From assembly GCA_040265735.1 (NCBI GenBank), contig JBDQFW010000001.1, positions 1 to 45,642 of the forward strand: a stretch of 45,642 nt of DNA, in the 5' to 3' direction. Source of the stretch: Planctomycetota bacterium (GTDB lineage Bacteria; Planctomycetota; UBA1135; GCA-002686595). Both the position numbers and the translations under genes were made by a program. Positions 1 to 9,365 of the stretch are shown one piece after another; the first letter of the stretch is position 1; the number at the start of each line of letters is the position of its first letter. The notes beneath the pieces are model-generated. The model searched no databases. It was not told the DNA's origin and saw nothing but the letters and a program-made list of their open reading frames with translations.

Positions 1-97
1 CCCCGGGACCCCACCCGGCGGGGACCGGGCGTTATCCTCAGGCGTTCCACGGACGGTACGGGACTCCTCCAGGCCCCCACGACCGTCCAGCACCGCC

Positions 98-2425
98 ATG
101 ACCAGCACCGCACCGACCCCTCGACCCACCCTCGACGAGCTTGCCCCGCACTTCGGTCACTGGGAGGTGATCGGGGACATGGTCGACCAGTGCATCGACC
201 TGATGCTCAACCTGCGCCAGAGCGGCCACCCCGGCGGCTCGCGCTCCAAGGTTCCGATGCTGGTGGCCTCGACCCTGGGTGCAGGCATGCGCTTCGACGT
301 GCGCCGGCCCGAGCTGCCCGGCGGTGACCGCTTCGTCCTGGTCGCAGGGCACTGCAACCCCGCGGTCTACGCCCTGCTGGCCGTCTACAACGAGGCCCTT
401 CGGATCAGGCACGCACGCACCGGCGACGCGCGCTTCGCCGTGCCCCACGCAGACGAGCGCCAGCTGGTCTGGGAGGACCTGCTGTGGCTGCGCCACAACG
501 GTCACCTGCCCGGACACGCGGAGATGGAGGGCAAGACCCTCTTCTTCAAGGCCAACACCGGCCCCTCGGGCCACGGAGCTCCGGCCGCGCTCGGCCAGGC
601 CATGGCCCTCAAGCACGCGGGCTCCACGGCCAAGGTGTTCGCAATGGAAGGCGAGGGGGGCCACACGGCTGGAGCCCACCACGAGGTCAAGAACAGCGCT
701 TGGGGTCTTGGCCTCGACAACCTGGTCTACCTGCTGGACTGGAACGACCACGGCATCGACACCTTCGCCAACTCGACCGTCGGCTTCGGAACGCCCAAGG
801 ACTGGTTCGAGTCCTACGGCTGGCGGGTCGCCGGCGCCGAGGACGGCCACGACTACGAGCAGCTGACCCGCGCCCTGCTCGAGATCGTGCAGGCCGAGGA
901 GACCGGCGGGCGTCCGGGCTGCGTGTGGTTCAAGACCCGCAAGGGGCGTGGGTACCACGTGTACGACGCGCCGAGCCACGGCAAGGCGCACGGCCGCAAC
1001 AGCGAGATGTTCTGGCGCTGCCGGGAGGACTTCGCCTCGAAGTACGGCGTGCAGTTCGAGGGCCATGGCGACACGACCGACGGCGGCGAGGACGCCGTGC
1101 GCGAGCAGAGCAAGGCGTGGTTCCAGACGGTCTTCAGCGTCCTGGAGAACACGCCCGGCCTGGTCGAGTACCTGTCCGATCGCCTGGTGGAGCTGGGCGA
1201 TTCCGTCCCGGCACCCCTGCCTGCACCCGCACAGGACCTGGCCCTGGACCGCAGCTGGCTGGCACCCGACAGGCTCCCCGCGGAGCTCTTCTTCGCGGCG
1301 GGCGAGAAGAAGGCCAACAAGGACGGCTTCGCGAAGTTCGGCGCGTGGGTGAACGCCCAGGCGCGCGCGGCCATGGGCCGGCCCCTGGTGCTCGCCTGCT
1401 CGGCCGACCTCGCCGACTCGACCTCCATCTCCGGATTCGCAAAGGGGCACGGGGACAGCGAGGGCTTCGGCTGGTACGAGCGCAACGAGAACCCCTCTGG
1501 CGCGCTGCTCCCCCAGCAGATCACCGAGTTCACCAACGCTGGCCTGGTGTGCGGCGCCGCCTCCGTGAACCTGAGCGGAGAGCCCGAGCAGGGCTTCAGC
1601 GGCTACTGGGGAGCCTGCAGCACCTACGGGTCCTTCAGCTACCTGAAGTACGGCCTGATGCGGCTGTTCAGCCAGCTCGCCCAGGACTGCGAGCTGAAGG
1701 TGGGCAAGGTGATCTGGGTCGCTGGACACTCCGGCCCTGAGACGGCCGAGGACAGCCGCACCCACTTCGGTGTCTTCGCCCCCGTCGTGACGCAGCTCTT
1801 CCCCAAGGGGCAGGTCATCAACCTGCACCCGTGGGAGCCCAACGAGGTCGCCCCCGCCCTGGCGGCCGCCCTGCAGGCGGACGCGGCCATCGTCGCGCTG
1901 CACCTGACCCGACCTCCGGTCGCGGTGCCCGATCGCGGCGCGCTCGGGGTCCCGAGCCACATGGAGGCGGCCAAGGGAGCCTATGTCATTCGCGACTACG
2001 ATCCGGCGCGCCCCAAGCAGGGCACGCTGATCGTCGAAGGCACCTCGACGACGGAGTCAATCTTCGCGCTCCTGCCGAAGTTCCACAGCGGCGAGGCGCC
2101 CAACTGCAAGATCGTCGCCGCCGTGAGCCACGAGCTGTTCATGCTCCAGCCCAAGGAGTACCGCGACCAGGTCCTCCACAAGGCGGACTTCCTCGACTCG
2201 ACCGTCATCAGCAACGGCTGCAAGCTCGGCATGCACCCGTGGCTCTCGAGCAAGGTCGCCGAGCAGTACGCCATGACCAGCGACTGGGACGACCGCTGGC
2301 GCACCGGCGGATCGGTGAGCGAGGTGAAGGAGGAGGCCCACCTGGACCCGGCGCACCTGCTCGAGGGCATCCAGCGCTTCGCCGCGGACCGCGAGCTGCG
2401 CCTCGGCGCCACGAGCCTGCACTGA
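98..2425 (+). CDS. Transketolase-family thiamine-diphosphate-dependent enzyme (divergent, 775 aa)
   Basis: N-terminal GHPGGS motif. AGHCNPAVYALL and TGPSGHG segments align to transketolase PP-domain blocks. A GEG...(29 aa)...N stretch sits where the GDG-X-N ThDP/Mg motif lies. GC3-rich codons. Confidence 0.8.
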   Translation: MTSTAPTPRPTLDELAPHFGHWEVIGDMVDQCIDLMLNLRQSGHPGGSRSKVPMLVASTLGAGMRFDVRRPELPGGDRFVLVAGHCNPAVYALLAVYNEALRIRHARTGDARFAVPHADERQLVWEDLLWLRHNGHLPGHAEMEGKTLFFKANTGPSGHGAPAALGQAMALKHAGSTAKVFAMEGEGGHTAGAHHEVKNSAWGLGLDNLVYLLDWNDHGIDTFANSTVGFGTPKDWFESYGWRVAGAEDGHDYEQLTRALLEIVQAEETGGRPGCVWFKTRKGRGYHVYDAPSHGKAHGRNSEMFWRCREDFASKYGVQFEGHGDTTDGGEDAVREQSKAWFQTVFSVLENTPGLVEYLSDRLVELGDSVPAPLPAPAQDLALDRSWLAPDRLPAELFFAAGEKKANKDGFAKFGAWVNAQARAAMGRPLVLACSADLADSTSISGFAKGHGDSEGFGWYERNENPSGALLPQQITEFTNAGLVCGAASVNLSGEPEQGFSGYWGACSTYGSFSYLKYGLMRLFSQLAQDCELKVGKVIWVAGHSGPETAEDSRTHFGVFAPVVTQLFPKGQVINLHPWEPNEVAPALAAALQADAAIVALHLTRPPVAVPDRGALGVPSHMEAAKGAYVIRDYDPARPKQGTLIVEGTSTTESIFALLPKFHSGEAPNCKIVAAVSHELFMLQPKEYRDQVLHKADFLDSTVISNGCKLGMHPWLSSKVAEQYAMTSDWDDRWRTGGSVSEVKEEAHLDPAHLLEGIQRFAADRELRLGATSLH

Positions 2426-2428
2426 GCC

Positions 2429-2785
2429 ATGCCGCGCCTGATCCCTGCCCCCACTGTGATCCCCGTCCCCGGGGACAAACTGATCGAAGAGTACTTCGGC
2501 CGCGTCAACACGGGCGACGAGGGCCTCTCGATCGCGCGCATGAAGGCGCCGGCCGGCTGGTCCGAGCCGGGGCAGCGCCCGACCTTCCGCGAGCTCACCG
2601 TGGTCCTCGAGGGCTGCCTGGTCGTCGAGACCGAGGGCGAGACCCTCGAGGTGCGCGGCGGCCAGGCGATCACCTGCGAGCCTGGCGAGTGGGTGCGCTA
2701 CTCCACCGGCGCGGAGGGCGCGCACTACCTGGCGATCTGCCTGCCGGCCTTCAGCCTGGACGGCGCCGGCCGCGACCCCGAGTAG
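2429..2785 (+). CDS. Cupin-domain protein (118 aa)
   Basis: Small beta-barrel-like sequence (LVVETEGETLEVRGGQAITCEPGEWVRY) typical of cupins. Starts 4 nt after the transketolase-like stop, so it is likely co-transcribed. Confidence 0.6.
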   Translation: MPRLIPAPTVIPVPGDKLIEEYFGRVNTGDEGLSIARMKAPAGWSEPGQRPTFRELTVVLEGCLVVETEGETLEVRGGQAITCEPGEWVRYSTGAEGAHYLAICLPAFSLDGAGRDPE

Positions 2786-2803
2786 CTCTGCGCTCCCGAG
2801 CGG

Positions 2804-3598
2804 CTACGCAGTGGAGTCGCCCCTGAGGCGGACGAGGAGCGGGGTGTGGTCCGAGGCGTCGTACTCGTCGAGCCACAGCGCCTCCTCGACCTGAAGGCCG
2901 CGCACGAACACGCGGTCCAGATGCAGGGAGGCGTCCACGCCAGCCACGCGGTTGAGGACGCGCCCCGCGTGCCCCGTGCGACCCTGTCCCTCGAGCGGGA
3001 GCGCCTCGCGGAGGCCAAGGCCTCCCACGATGCCCGTGAGGATCTCGAGCCGGCGCGTACTCCAGGTGTTGAAGTCGCCTGCGAAGAGCACCGGACCGGC
3101 ATGGCCCTGGACGCGCTGGGCCAGGTCCTCGAGCTGAACGAGGAAGCGCTGCCCGGCGCGGTCGAAGTTGAGCGCGTGCACATTGACGAGCAGCAGGACC
3201 CGCCCGTCTACGAGGGGATAGCGCGTCACGAGCGCCATCTTGCGGGTGGCCACGCGCAGCTCTCGGCTGGGTGAGGCGCATCCCTCGGCCAATTGGGGGG
3301 AGACACGGGCAGCCGTGGCCACGCCGGTCTGCAGGTGGCTGCGCACGAAGTGGGCCCCCATGTGCTCGGGGATCCTCAGGCGATGCGTGCTCTCCTGGAG
3401 GGCGACCAGCGCGGGGTCCTGCTCGGTCGCGAGGTGCAGCAGCTGGTCCAGGGCCTCGTCCGAGCGCGGCTTGGCCACGTTCCAGCTGACCAGGGTCAGC
3501 CCATCCAGTCGCAGGGGACCCGAGTCCGGATACGGGTGCAGCTCCTCTGCCTCACCCGGTGCGCTGGAGAGCGGGTCGGCGTCGCGCTTGGAGGTCAC
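2804..3598 (-). CDS. Endonuclease/exonuclease/phosphatase (EEP) family protein
   Basis: LVSWNV...ALQE...VNVHAL...GDFN...SDHTPL blocks are characteristic of the EEP fold. The 472-aa ORF in the track overlaps the upstream aminotransferase in another frame. I trimmed it to an in-frame GTG at 3598, so the start is uncertain. Confidence 0.7.
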   Translation of the reverse strand: MTSKRDADPLSSAPGEAEELHPYPDSGPLRLDGLTLVSWNVAKPRSDEALDQLLHLATEQDPALVALQESTHRLRIPEHMGAHFVRSHLQTGVATAARVSPQLAEGCASPSRELRVATRKMALVTRYPLVDGRVLLLVNVHALNFDRAGQRFLVQLEDLAQRVQGHAGPVLFAGDFNTWSTRRLEILTGIVGGLGLREALPLEGQGRTGHAGRVLNRVAGVDASLHLDRVFVRGLQVEEALWLDEYDASDHTPLLVRLRGDSTA

Positions 3599-3672
3599 GG
3601 TGAGGGCCCGGGAGGCGGGGGGAGGGAAGCGAGAGGCGATGGCTGGGGCGAACGGAGGGATGTGGCCGTGGC

Positions 3673-4893
3673 TCAGCCCAGGACGCCCTCGGCCTGCAGG
3701 GCGGCGAGCAGCGCGTCGAGGTCGTCGTCGCCGTTGTAGAGCTGACCCGAGACGCGCAGCAGGCGCTGGCCCTGCACCGGTCCCGGGAAGACGGGGACCT
3801 CGATGGCGTGCTTCTCGAACAGAGCCACGTGGAGCGGGTCCAGGTCGAATGCCCCGTGGCCCTCCGGACCGTCCCCGGGCAGGGGCAGGGCAACGAGGTT
3901 CGCCAGCATGTCCTCCGGAGCTGGCGCGGCGATGCCGAGGGCCGCGGTGAGGCGCGCCCGGGCCTCGACCACGAAGCCGTGGTTGCGCGCGCGCACTCCG
4001 TCCCAGCCCTCGGGCACCGCGCGCGAGAACAGGTCGAGCGCGGCCGGAATGCACAGCCAGGGGCTGAAGTCCACCGTCCCCGGCCAGTCGAAGTGGTCCT
4101 GCAGGCGCGTCGCGCCCGGCCGCTCGGTGTTCGCGCCGTGGCTGATCACCGTGGGGTGGATCCGGTCCCGGCGATCCGCCCGCACATGCAGGAACGCAGA
4201 GCCCTTCGGAGTGCACAGCCACTTGTGGCAGTTCCCGGTGTAGTACGCGGCGCCCAGGGCGCCTAGGTCGAGGGGGACCTGCCCCGGAGCGTGGGCCCCG
4301 TCGACGAGCACATCCACGCCCCGGTCCTGCAGCGCATCCACGAGGTGGGCGATCGGGAGCACCAGCCCGGTTGCACTCGTGATGTGGTCGAGCACGGCGA
4401 TCGTCGTGCGCTCGGTCACCGCCGCCAGGACCCGCTCGAGCACTTCCTCCGGGCCGGTGCAGGGGAAGGGAACGTCGACCGTGACTAGCCGCGCCCCGGA
4501 GCGCTCGCAGACGAAGCGCGCGGCGTTGTTGCAGGCGTTGTAGCCCAGGTTCGTGATCAAGACCTCGTCGTCCTCCCCCAGCTGGAGCGACCGCAGCACG
4601 GCGTTGACGCCCGTGGTGGCGTTCGGAACGAGCACGAGCCCGCCGGCATCGCAGTCGAGGAAGTCCGCGAGGCGCTCGCGGACCCCGTCGAGGTGCGACT
4701 GGAGCTGCCGCGCGAGGAAGAGGACAGGCTCACGCTCCATCCGGTCCCTCCACGCCCGCTGCTCGTCGAGGATCTCCGCCGGGCAGGCCCCGAAGGAGCC
4801 GTGGTTCAGGAAGTGGATCTCGGGGTCGAGGACCCACAGGCCGCGGAAGGCCTGGACCTCCTCGGGGGTCGAGCGCTGGGCAGGTGAGTTCAC
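3673..4893 (-). CDS. Class V (PLP-dependent) aminotransferase / cysteine-desulfurase-like or isopenicillin-N-epimerase-like protein
   Basis: HFLNHGSFG start, NATTG, DGAHAPG, and the YTGNCHKW lysine motif typical of fold-type I class V enzymes. Confidence 0.85.
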   Translation of the reverse strand: MNSPAQRSTPEEVQAFRGLWVLDPEIHFLNHGSFGACPAEILDEQRAWRDRMEREPVLFLARQLQSHLDGVRERLADFLDCDAGGLVLVPNATTGVNAVLRSLQLGEDDEVLITNLGYNACNNAARFVCERSGARLVTVDVPFPCTGPEEVLERVLAAVTERTTIAVLDHITSATGLVLPIAHLVDALQDRGVDVLVDGAHAPGQVPLDLGALGAAYYTGNCHKWLCTPKGSAFLHVRADRRDRIHPTVISHGANTERPGATRLQDHFDWPGTVDFSPWLCIPAALDLFSRAVPEGWDGVRARNHGFVVEARARLTAALGIAAPAPEDMLANLVALPLPGDGPEGHGAFDLDPLHVALFEKHAIEVPVFPGPVQGQRLLRVSGQLYNGDDDLDALLAALQAEGVLG

Positions 4894-4911
4894 CTGCGGA
4901 GGATAGGCCGT

Positions 4912-5445
4912 TCAGGCGCCAGCGGGTACGAGCACGCCCTCGACCAGGCGTAGGACCAGCAGGGTCGGGACGGTTGGCGCGCTCATGGAGTCGTCGCTCC
5001 CATGGGTCCGCAGGCCCACCACGAGGCGATCCCCGTCAAAGGCCAGGCTGTGCACCTCGACGCGGTCCCCAAGGTCCAGGGCGGCACGCTGCACCACGGC
5101 TGCGCGCTCCCGGTCGAGCACCACCAGCTCGCGCCAGGTGCCGCTACCGCCGCAGTCCACGGCACCCACGATCACGCGCTCGGCGACGCCGTCCCCGTCG
5201 AGGTCCCCCACGGCCGTGGGCTCCAGGAGCTGCCACCGCACGCGCTCCGTCGCGCCCGTGCCCGTGCGCACCTCCCCCAGGCCATCGACGAGGGGCACCG
5301 GCACGCCCCCCACGCCGCTCTGCACGGTGAGCCCTGCCGCCTCCGCCAGCGCCGGGGGCTCGGCCTCACGGGCATGCGCGAGGGAGATCCGATACCAGGT
5401 CAGCCAGGACCCGCCGAGGATCAGCAGGAGGAGGAGCGCGCGCAT
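4912..5445 (-). CDS. Secreted hypothetical protein with one FG-GAP/VCBS-like Asp loop
   Basis: N-terminal hydrophobic signal-like segment MRALLLLLILGG. VGDLDGDGVAERVIVG resembles an FG-GAP calcium loop. GC3-rich frame. Ends 19 nt upstream of the aminotransferase start. Confidence 0.55.
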   Translation of the reverse strand: MRALLLLLILGGSWLTWYRISLAHAREAEPPALAEAAGLTVQSGVGGVPVPLVDGLGEVRTGTGATERVRWQLLEPTAVGDLDGDGVAERVIVGAVDCGGSGTWRELVVLDRERAAVVQRAALDLGDRVEVHSLAFDGDRLVVGLRTHGSDDSMSAPTVPTLLVLRLVEGVLVPAGA

Positions 5446-5472
5446 GGAGCGAGGCTAGGCGGGCACGCGGAC

Positions 5473-6690
5473 TCAATCCACCCGTCGCACGGGGTACTCG
5501 GCATCGGGGTCCACGACCACCGTGAATGGAGAGGACCACAGGTCGTCGAACCAGGCCGCCAGCCGGGTCGCGGCGGGAGCGCCGCTGAGGACGACGCCCA
5601 CGTTCCGAGAGCGCGTGAAGTAGCTCTCCTCGAGGTTGCTGCTGCCGATCCAGGCCACCTGGTCGTCCGCGACGAAGGTCTTGGCGTGCAGGGTGCGCGC
5701 GAAGGGAATGTGCCCGCTGCGCGCCTCGGGGATCACGAGGAAGGCGACCTCGAGCCCCTCGATGCGGGCGAGGTCCTGGACCCCGCCGATCAGCCAGGGG
5801 CGCGTGTTCCAGTCGCTCACCAGAAGCCGCACCCGCACCCCGCGCGCGGCGGCCCGCGCGAGGGCCTCGCGCAGGGCTTGGAACGGACGCCCCTCGCGAT
5901 CGACGAGGCGCAGGGTGAGCGTTGTCGCGCGCAGGTCAGCGCGAGCGCCCTCGATCAGCTCCAAGAGGTGCCCCAGCTCATCCTCGCGCTCGCGCCCCAG
6001 AAGCGTGGTCGGGCTGGTCACCAGGCGCGCCTCCACCGGGCCGGCGGCGCCCTGCTCAGGATGCAGGGTCAGGGTGTGGGGCTCACGCCGAGCGGGTCGC
6101 GGGGCCTCCAGTCCAAGGGGCGCCGTGGCGAGGTGCCAGTCGTGCTCGAAGAGCGCAGCAACCTCTCCGGCGAACCCCTCGTCGTCGATCCTCACGCCGA
6201 GCTCGACGATGTGCTCGAGGGCGCGCCAGTCCAGGTTCGCCGAGCCCAGGTAGGCCGCGCGCCGGTCAACGACCAGGTACTTGGCGTGGTGGATGCCGCC
6301 CGAGATGGGCTCGAGGTCGAGCCAAGCCACCTCGGCCTCCGGCCAGGTGGCCACCCGCGCGCCGATCTCGGGGTAGGTCTTCCGGAAGGCCTCGGAGAGG
6401 AGCAGCCGCACGCGCACTCCGCGCCTCGCCGCAGCCTCGAGGGCTGCGAGCACGGGCCCCAGCTGGGAGGGAGGCTCATCCGACGCATAGAACTGACACA
6501 GATCCACGCGATCCTGTGCGGCCTCCAGCAGCTCGACCCAAACCGTGGCGGTGGAGGGAAGGTCGGGTGAGGCCAGCCCGGCCTCCACGGGGCTCGACTC
6601 GACCAGGGTGAGGGAGTGCGGGCGCGGGCTGACGCAGGCGCAGAGGTGCGCAGCGGCGGCAGTGAGGAGGGTGAGGGCGGCGGCGCGCAT
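5473..6690 (-). CDS. Phospholipase D / cardiolipin-synthase-like protein with two HKD motifs, probable lipoprotein or secreted
   Basis: Two HxK(x4)D motifs: HHAKYLVVDRRAAYLGSANLD and LHAKTFVADDQVAWIGSSNLE. Signal/lipobox-like MRAAALTLLTAAAAHLCAC. Start chosen at the ATG at 6690; the ORF extends to 6723. Confidence 0.85.
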   Translation of the reverse strand: MRAAALTLLTAAAAHLCACVSPRPHSLTLVESSPVEAGLASPDLPSTATVWVELLEAAQDRVDLCQFYASDEPPSQLGPVLAALEAAARRGVRVRLLLSEAFRKTYPEIGARVATWPEAEVAWLDLEPISGGIHHAKYLVVDRRAAYLGSANLDWRALEHIVELGVRIDDEGFAGEVAALFEHDWHLATAPLGLEAPRPARREPHTLTLHPEQGAAGPVEARLVTSPTTLLGREREDELGHLLELIEGARADLRATTLTLRLVDREGRPFQALREALARAAARGVRVRLLVSDWNTRPWLIGGVQDLARIEGLEVAFLVIPEARSGHIPFARTLHAKTFVADDQVAWIGSSNLEESYFTRSRNVGVVLSGAPAATRLAAWFDDLWSSPFTVVVDPDAEYPVRRVD

Positions 6691-6769
6691 GCCCCAAGGG
6701 TGCCGAGCAATGGCCCCCCCCACCAGCCGTGGAACGGCGCTTCACGGCCCGCTAGCCTCGAACGCGCGC

Positions 6770-7939
6770 ATGAAGACTCTTCTCCTCCCGCTGCTCGTCC
6801 TCCTCCCCGCGGCCTGCATGGCACCCCAGGAGAAGGACTACGGACGGGCGCTACCCGATGGCGCGGCGGCCCTGCTGCCCCTGGACGCCGACGACGAGGT
6901 CCCCGACATCCGCTCGGCCTTCGACGACCGTGCCCAGGTCCTGATCGCCCTGCGCCACTCCCTGGCCTGGGTGCGCCGTCCCCACGCCGCGGCGCGCTTC
7001 CCCATGGCGGGCATCACCCACGAGCGCGTGCTGCGTACGCTCGAGGCGCTCGAGGCCGAGCTGGTGCTGGCCGAGGACCGCGATCAGCTGGCCGCCGCGA
7101 TCGAGCGTGACTTCGTCTGGATGAAGAGCGCCGGCTGGGATGGCCAGGGGGGCGGCGTGCTCTTCACCGGCTACTGCACGCCGATCCTGATGGGGTCGCT
7201 CGAGCCCACGGCGGAGTTCTGCTGGCCGCTCTACGCCCTTCCCGACGACCTCGTGAAGGACGCCAACGGCCTGACCCTCGGCCTTGCCGAGGGGGGAGCG
7301 GTCGTCGGGCCCTATCCCGACCGGGACACCATCGAGGCGGGCTTCCTCGCAGGTCGCGACCTGGAGCTGGTCTGGCTCCGCGATCCGGTGGACGCGCTGC
7401 TCGCCCATGTGAACGGCTCCGCGGTCGTCCGACTGCCGGATGGCAGCGAGGCGCGCTTCGGCTACGCCGGGAAGAACGGCCAGCCCTACACCTCGATCGG
7501 GCGTGAGCTCGTGGAGGAGGGCGAGGTGGACGAGGACGACATCTCCCTGCTCGAGATCCGGCGCTGGGCGGCCACGAACGCCGAGGAGGTGGACGAGATG
7601 TTCGATCGCAACGAGTCCTTCGTCTTCTTCCAGCCGATCGAGGGCAACCCCCACGGCAGCCTCGATGTTCCGGTGACGACCGAGCGCTCCCTGGCCACCG
7701 ACAAGTCGATCTTCCCGCCGGCCGCGCCGGTGTTCGTGCTGAGCACCCTGCCGGCACCCCGAGGAACGAGCCTGCCCTTCGAACAGCTGATGTTCGACCA
7801 GGACACCGGCGGCGCGATCCGCACCGCGGGGCGGGCGGACCTCTATCTGGGCGTAGGCCCCTCCGCCGAGTCGCGCGCGGGAGCGACCAAGGAAGAGGGG
7901 CAGCTCTACTACCTGTTCCTGCGCGAGGATCGGCTGTGA
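6770..7939 (+). CDS. mltA: Membrane-bound lytic murein transglycosylase A-like protein (MltA + 3D domains)
   Basis: Lipoprotein-like MKTLLLPLLVLLPAAC. FTGYCTPIL block. C-terminal 3D-domain block DQDTGGAIRTAGRADLYLG. Start trimmed from the ORF start at 6545 to the ATG at 6770. Confidence 0.8.
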   Translation: MKTLLLPLLVLLPAACMAPQEKDYGRALPDGAAALLPLDADDEVPDIRSAFDDRAQVLIALRHSLAWVRRPHAAARFPMAGITHERVLRTLEALEAELVLAEDRDQLAAAIERDFVWMKSAGWDGQGGGVLFTGYCTPILMGSLEPTAEFCWPLYALPDDLVKDANGLTLGLAEGGAVVGPYPDRDTIEAGFLAGRDLELVWLRDPVDALLAHVNGSAVVRLPDGSEARFGYAGKNGQPYTSIGRELVEEGEVDEDDISLLEIRRWAATNAEEVDEMFDRNESFVFFQPIEGNPHGSLDVPVTTERSLATDKSIFPPAAPVFVLSTLPAPRGTSLPFEQLMFDQDTGGAIRTAGRADLYLGVGPSAESRAGATKEEGQLYYLFLREDRL

Positions 7940-8433
7940 CCCTCGTACCCGGGACGCAGCCCGAGGGCGCGGCCAGGCCCACGCTCGAGGGGACGGTGCT
8001 CGCCGTCTGCCTGGGTCCGGGTGGACTCCCCAAGGACCCCGTGGACGAGGCGGAGCTGCGGCCGCTCGGCCTCGAGGGCGATCGCCACCGCTTCAAGGGC
8101 CACGGCGGCGCGGACCGGGCCGTGTGCCTCTTCTCACTCGAGGACTACCGCTCGCTGTGGGCGGACGGCGTCGAGGCGCAGGCTCCCGGGGCGTTCGGGG
8201 AGAACCTGCTGACCGAGGGCCTCGACTACGCGCAGCTGCGTCCGGGGGATCGGCTCGAGGTGGGCCGCGGGATCGTGCTCGAGATCCACGACATCCGCGA
8301 GCCCTGCGGAACCCTGCGCAAGGTCGACACGCGCTTCCCCGACCTGATGATCGGCCGCAGCGGCTTCGTCTGTCGCGTGGTCCAGGGGGGGACCCTGCGG
8401 CCTGGCCTGACCATCCGCGCTTCCCAGGACTGA
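7936..8433 (+). CDS. MOSC-domain protein
   Basis: GDRH...GGADRAV...GAFGENL...GDRL...EPC pattern of MOSC domains. GTGA overlap with the mltA-like stop. Confidence 0.8.
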   Translation: MTLVPGTQPEGAARPTLEGTVLAVCLGPGGLPKDPVDEAELRPLGLEGDRHRFKGHGGADRAVCLFSLEDYRSLWADGVEAQAPGAFGENLLTEGLDYAQLRPGDRLEVGRGIVLEIHDIREPCGTLRKVDTRFPDLMIGRSGFVCRVVQGGTLRPGLTIRASQD

Positions 8434-8489
8434 GCCCCCCGGCCGCCCGCGGGCTGGACCCTGGGGCCTCCGCGCCCGATGCTCATGCC

Positions 8490-9290
8490 ATGGAAGCCCT
8501 GGTCGCCTTCGGCATCGTCATCATGATCGCGCTCGGAGCGGTGCGGATGGGGACCCTGGCCCTCCAGCGCACCGGGCTCTCCCGGGAGGCGGCCACCTTC
8601 CAGGCCCAGAGCGCCTTCATGGGCGTTGGGTTCACGACCAGCGAGTCCGAGTCGCTGGTGAACCACCCCGTGCGCCGCCAGATCCTCCGCTACCTGATGT
8701 GGGGCGGCTACTCCGGGATCACCGTGACCGTCTCGACGATCGTCTCGGGGGTGGGCTCCTCCGAGGGGAGCGTGCTGCGCTTCCTCGGGCTGATGCTCGT
8801 CACGGCGGGCGTGCTGCTCAGCATCTGGCAGATCCCGGCGGTGCGCAACTTCGCCGACCGGCTGCTCTCCCTGATCATCCAGCGCATTCCGAAGCTGCAG
8901 GTGATCGACTTCGAGGAGCTGCTCGAGTTCGACAAGGGCTACACGGTGGCGCAGCTGCACGTGGATCGGAACCGCTGGATGACGGGGAAGACCCTGCGTG
9001 AGCTGCGGCTGGCCGACGAGGGCGTCCTGGTTCTCAGCGTCACTCGCGCCTCCGGCGCGACGATCGGCACGCCCGAGGCGGACACCACCCTGGAGGTCGG
9101 CGACCGGATCCTCACCTATGGGCACCAGGAGTGCCTGGAACGCCTGCGCAGCCGCCCTGCCGACCCCGTGGGGGACCTGGAGCGCCAGCAGTCGGTCGAG
9201 GAGCAGCGGCAGCGCATGGCCGCGGAGCTTGCGGATGCCGAGCGTCTCGCAGCAGGCCCGGAGATGCCCCAGGACGCGGCGAGCGTGTGA
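8490..9290 (+). CDS. Membrane protein with C-terminal TrkA-C (RCK_C) domain; possible channel-like protein
   Basis: Three predicted hydrophobic helices, followed by a TrkA-C-like block (GKTLRELRLADEGVLVLSVTRASGATIGTPEADTTLEVGDRILTYG). Start trimmed to the ATG at 8490, because the upstream part of the ORF is R/G/P-rich. Confidence 0.7.
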   Translation: MEALVAFGIVIMIALGAVRMGTLALQRTGLSREAATFQAQSAFMGVGFTTSESESLVNHPVRRQILRYLMWGGYSGITVTVSTIVSGVGSSEGSVLRFLGLMLVTAGVLLSIWQIPAVRNFADRLLSLIIQRIPKLQVIDFEELLEFDKGYTVAQLHVDRNRWMTGKTLRELRLADEGVLVLSVTRASGATIGTPEADTTLEVGDRILTYGHQECLERLRSRPADPVGDLERQQSVEEQRQRMAAELADAERLAAGPEMPQDAASV

Positions 9291-9365
9291 GTTCACGCCG
9301 CCCTGCTGGCGCGCACCCCCCGGGCTTGGTATCCCTTCACACCCGCCCGGAGGGGCACCCGCACC

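Noticed and set aside
38-1960. Other long antisense or alternative-frame ORFs. Examples: 38..1960 -, 5002..6570 +, 9580..10950 -, 12617..14005 +, 14784..15881 +, 18280..19902 +, 19912..21105 +, 26925..29024 +, 34365..35618 -, 38792..40423 + and 40524..41669 -.
   Set aside because: Each overlaps a motif-bearing gene on the opposite strand or in another frame. Each has R/G/P/A-dominated composition and no recognisable domain.
3599-4222. N-terminal extension of the EEP ORF (472 aa as listed). Similar long 5' extensions occur on the ORFs at 6545, 8124, 10170, 16054..18120, 17235..18464, 21175, 29849..30808 and 38648..40645.
   Set aside because: The extensions overlap neighbouring real genes or intergenic DNA, are R/G/P-rich, and precede a plausible internal start with a signal peptide or conserved N-terminus. 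The genes were trimmed accordingly, so exact starts remain provisional.
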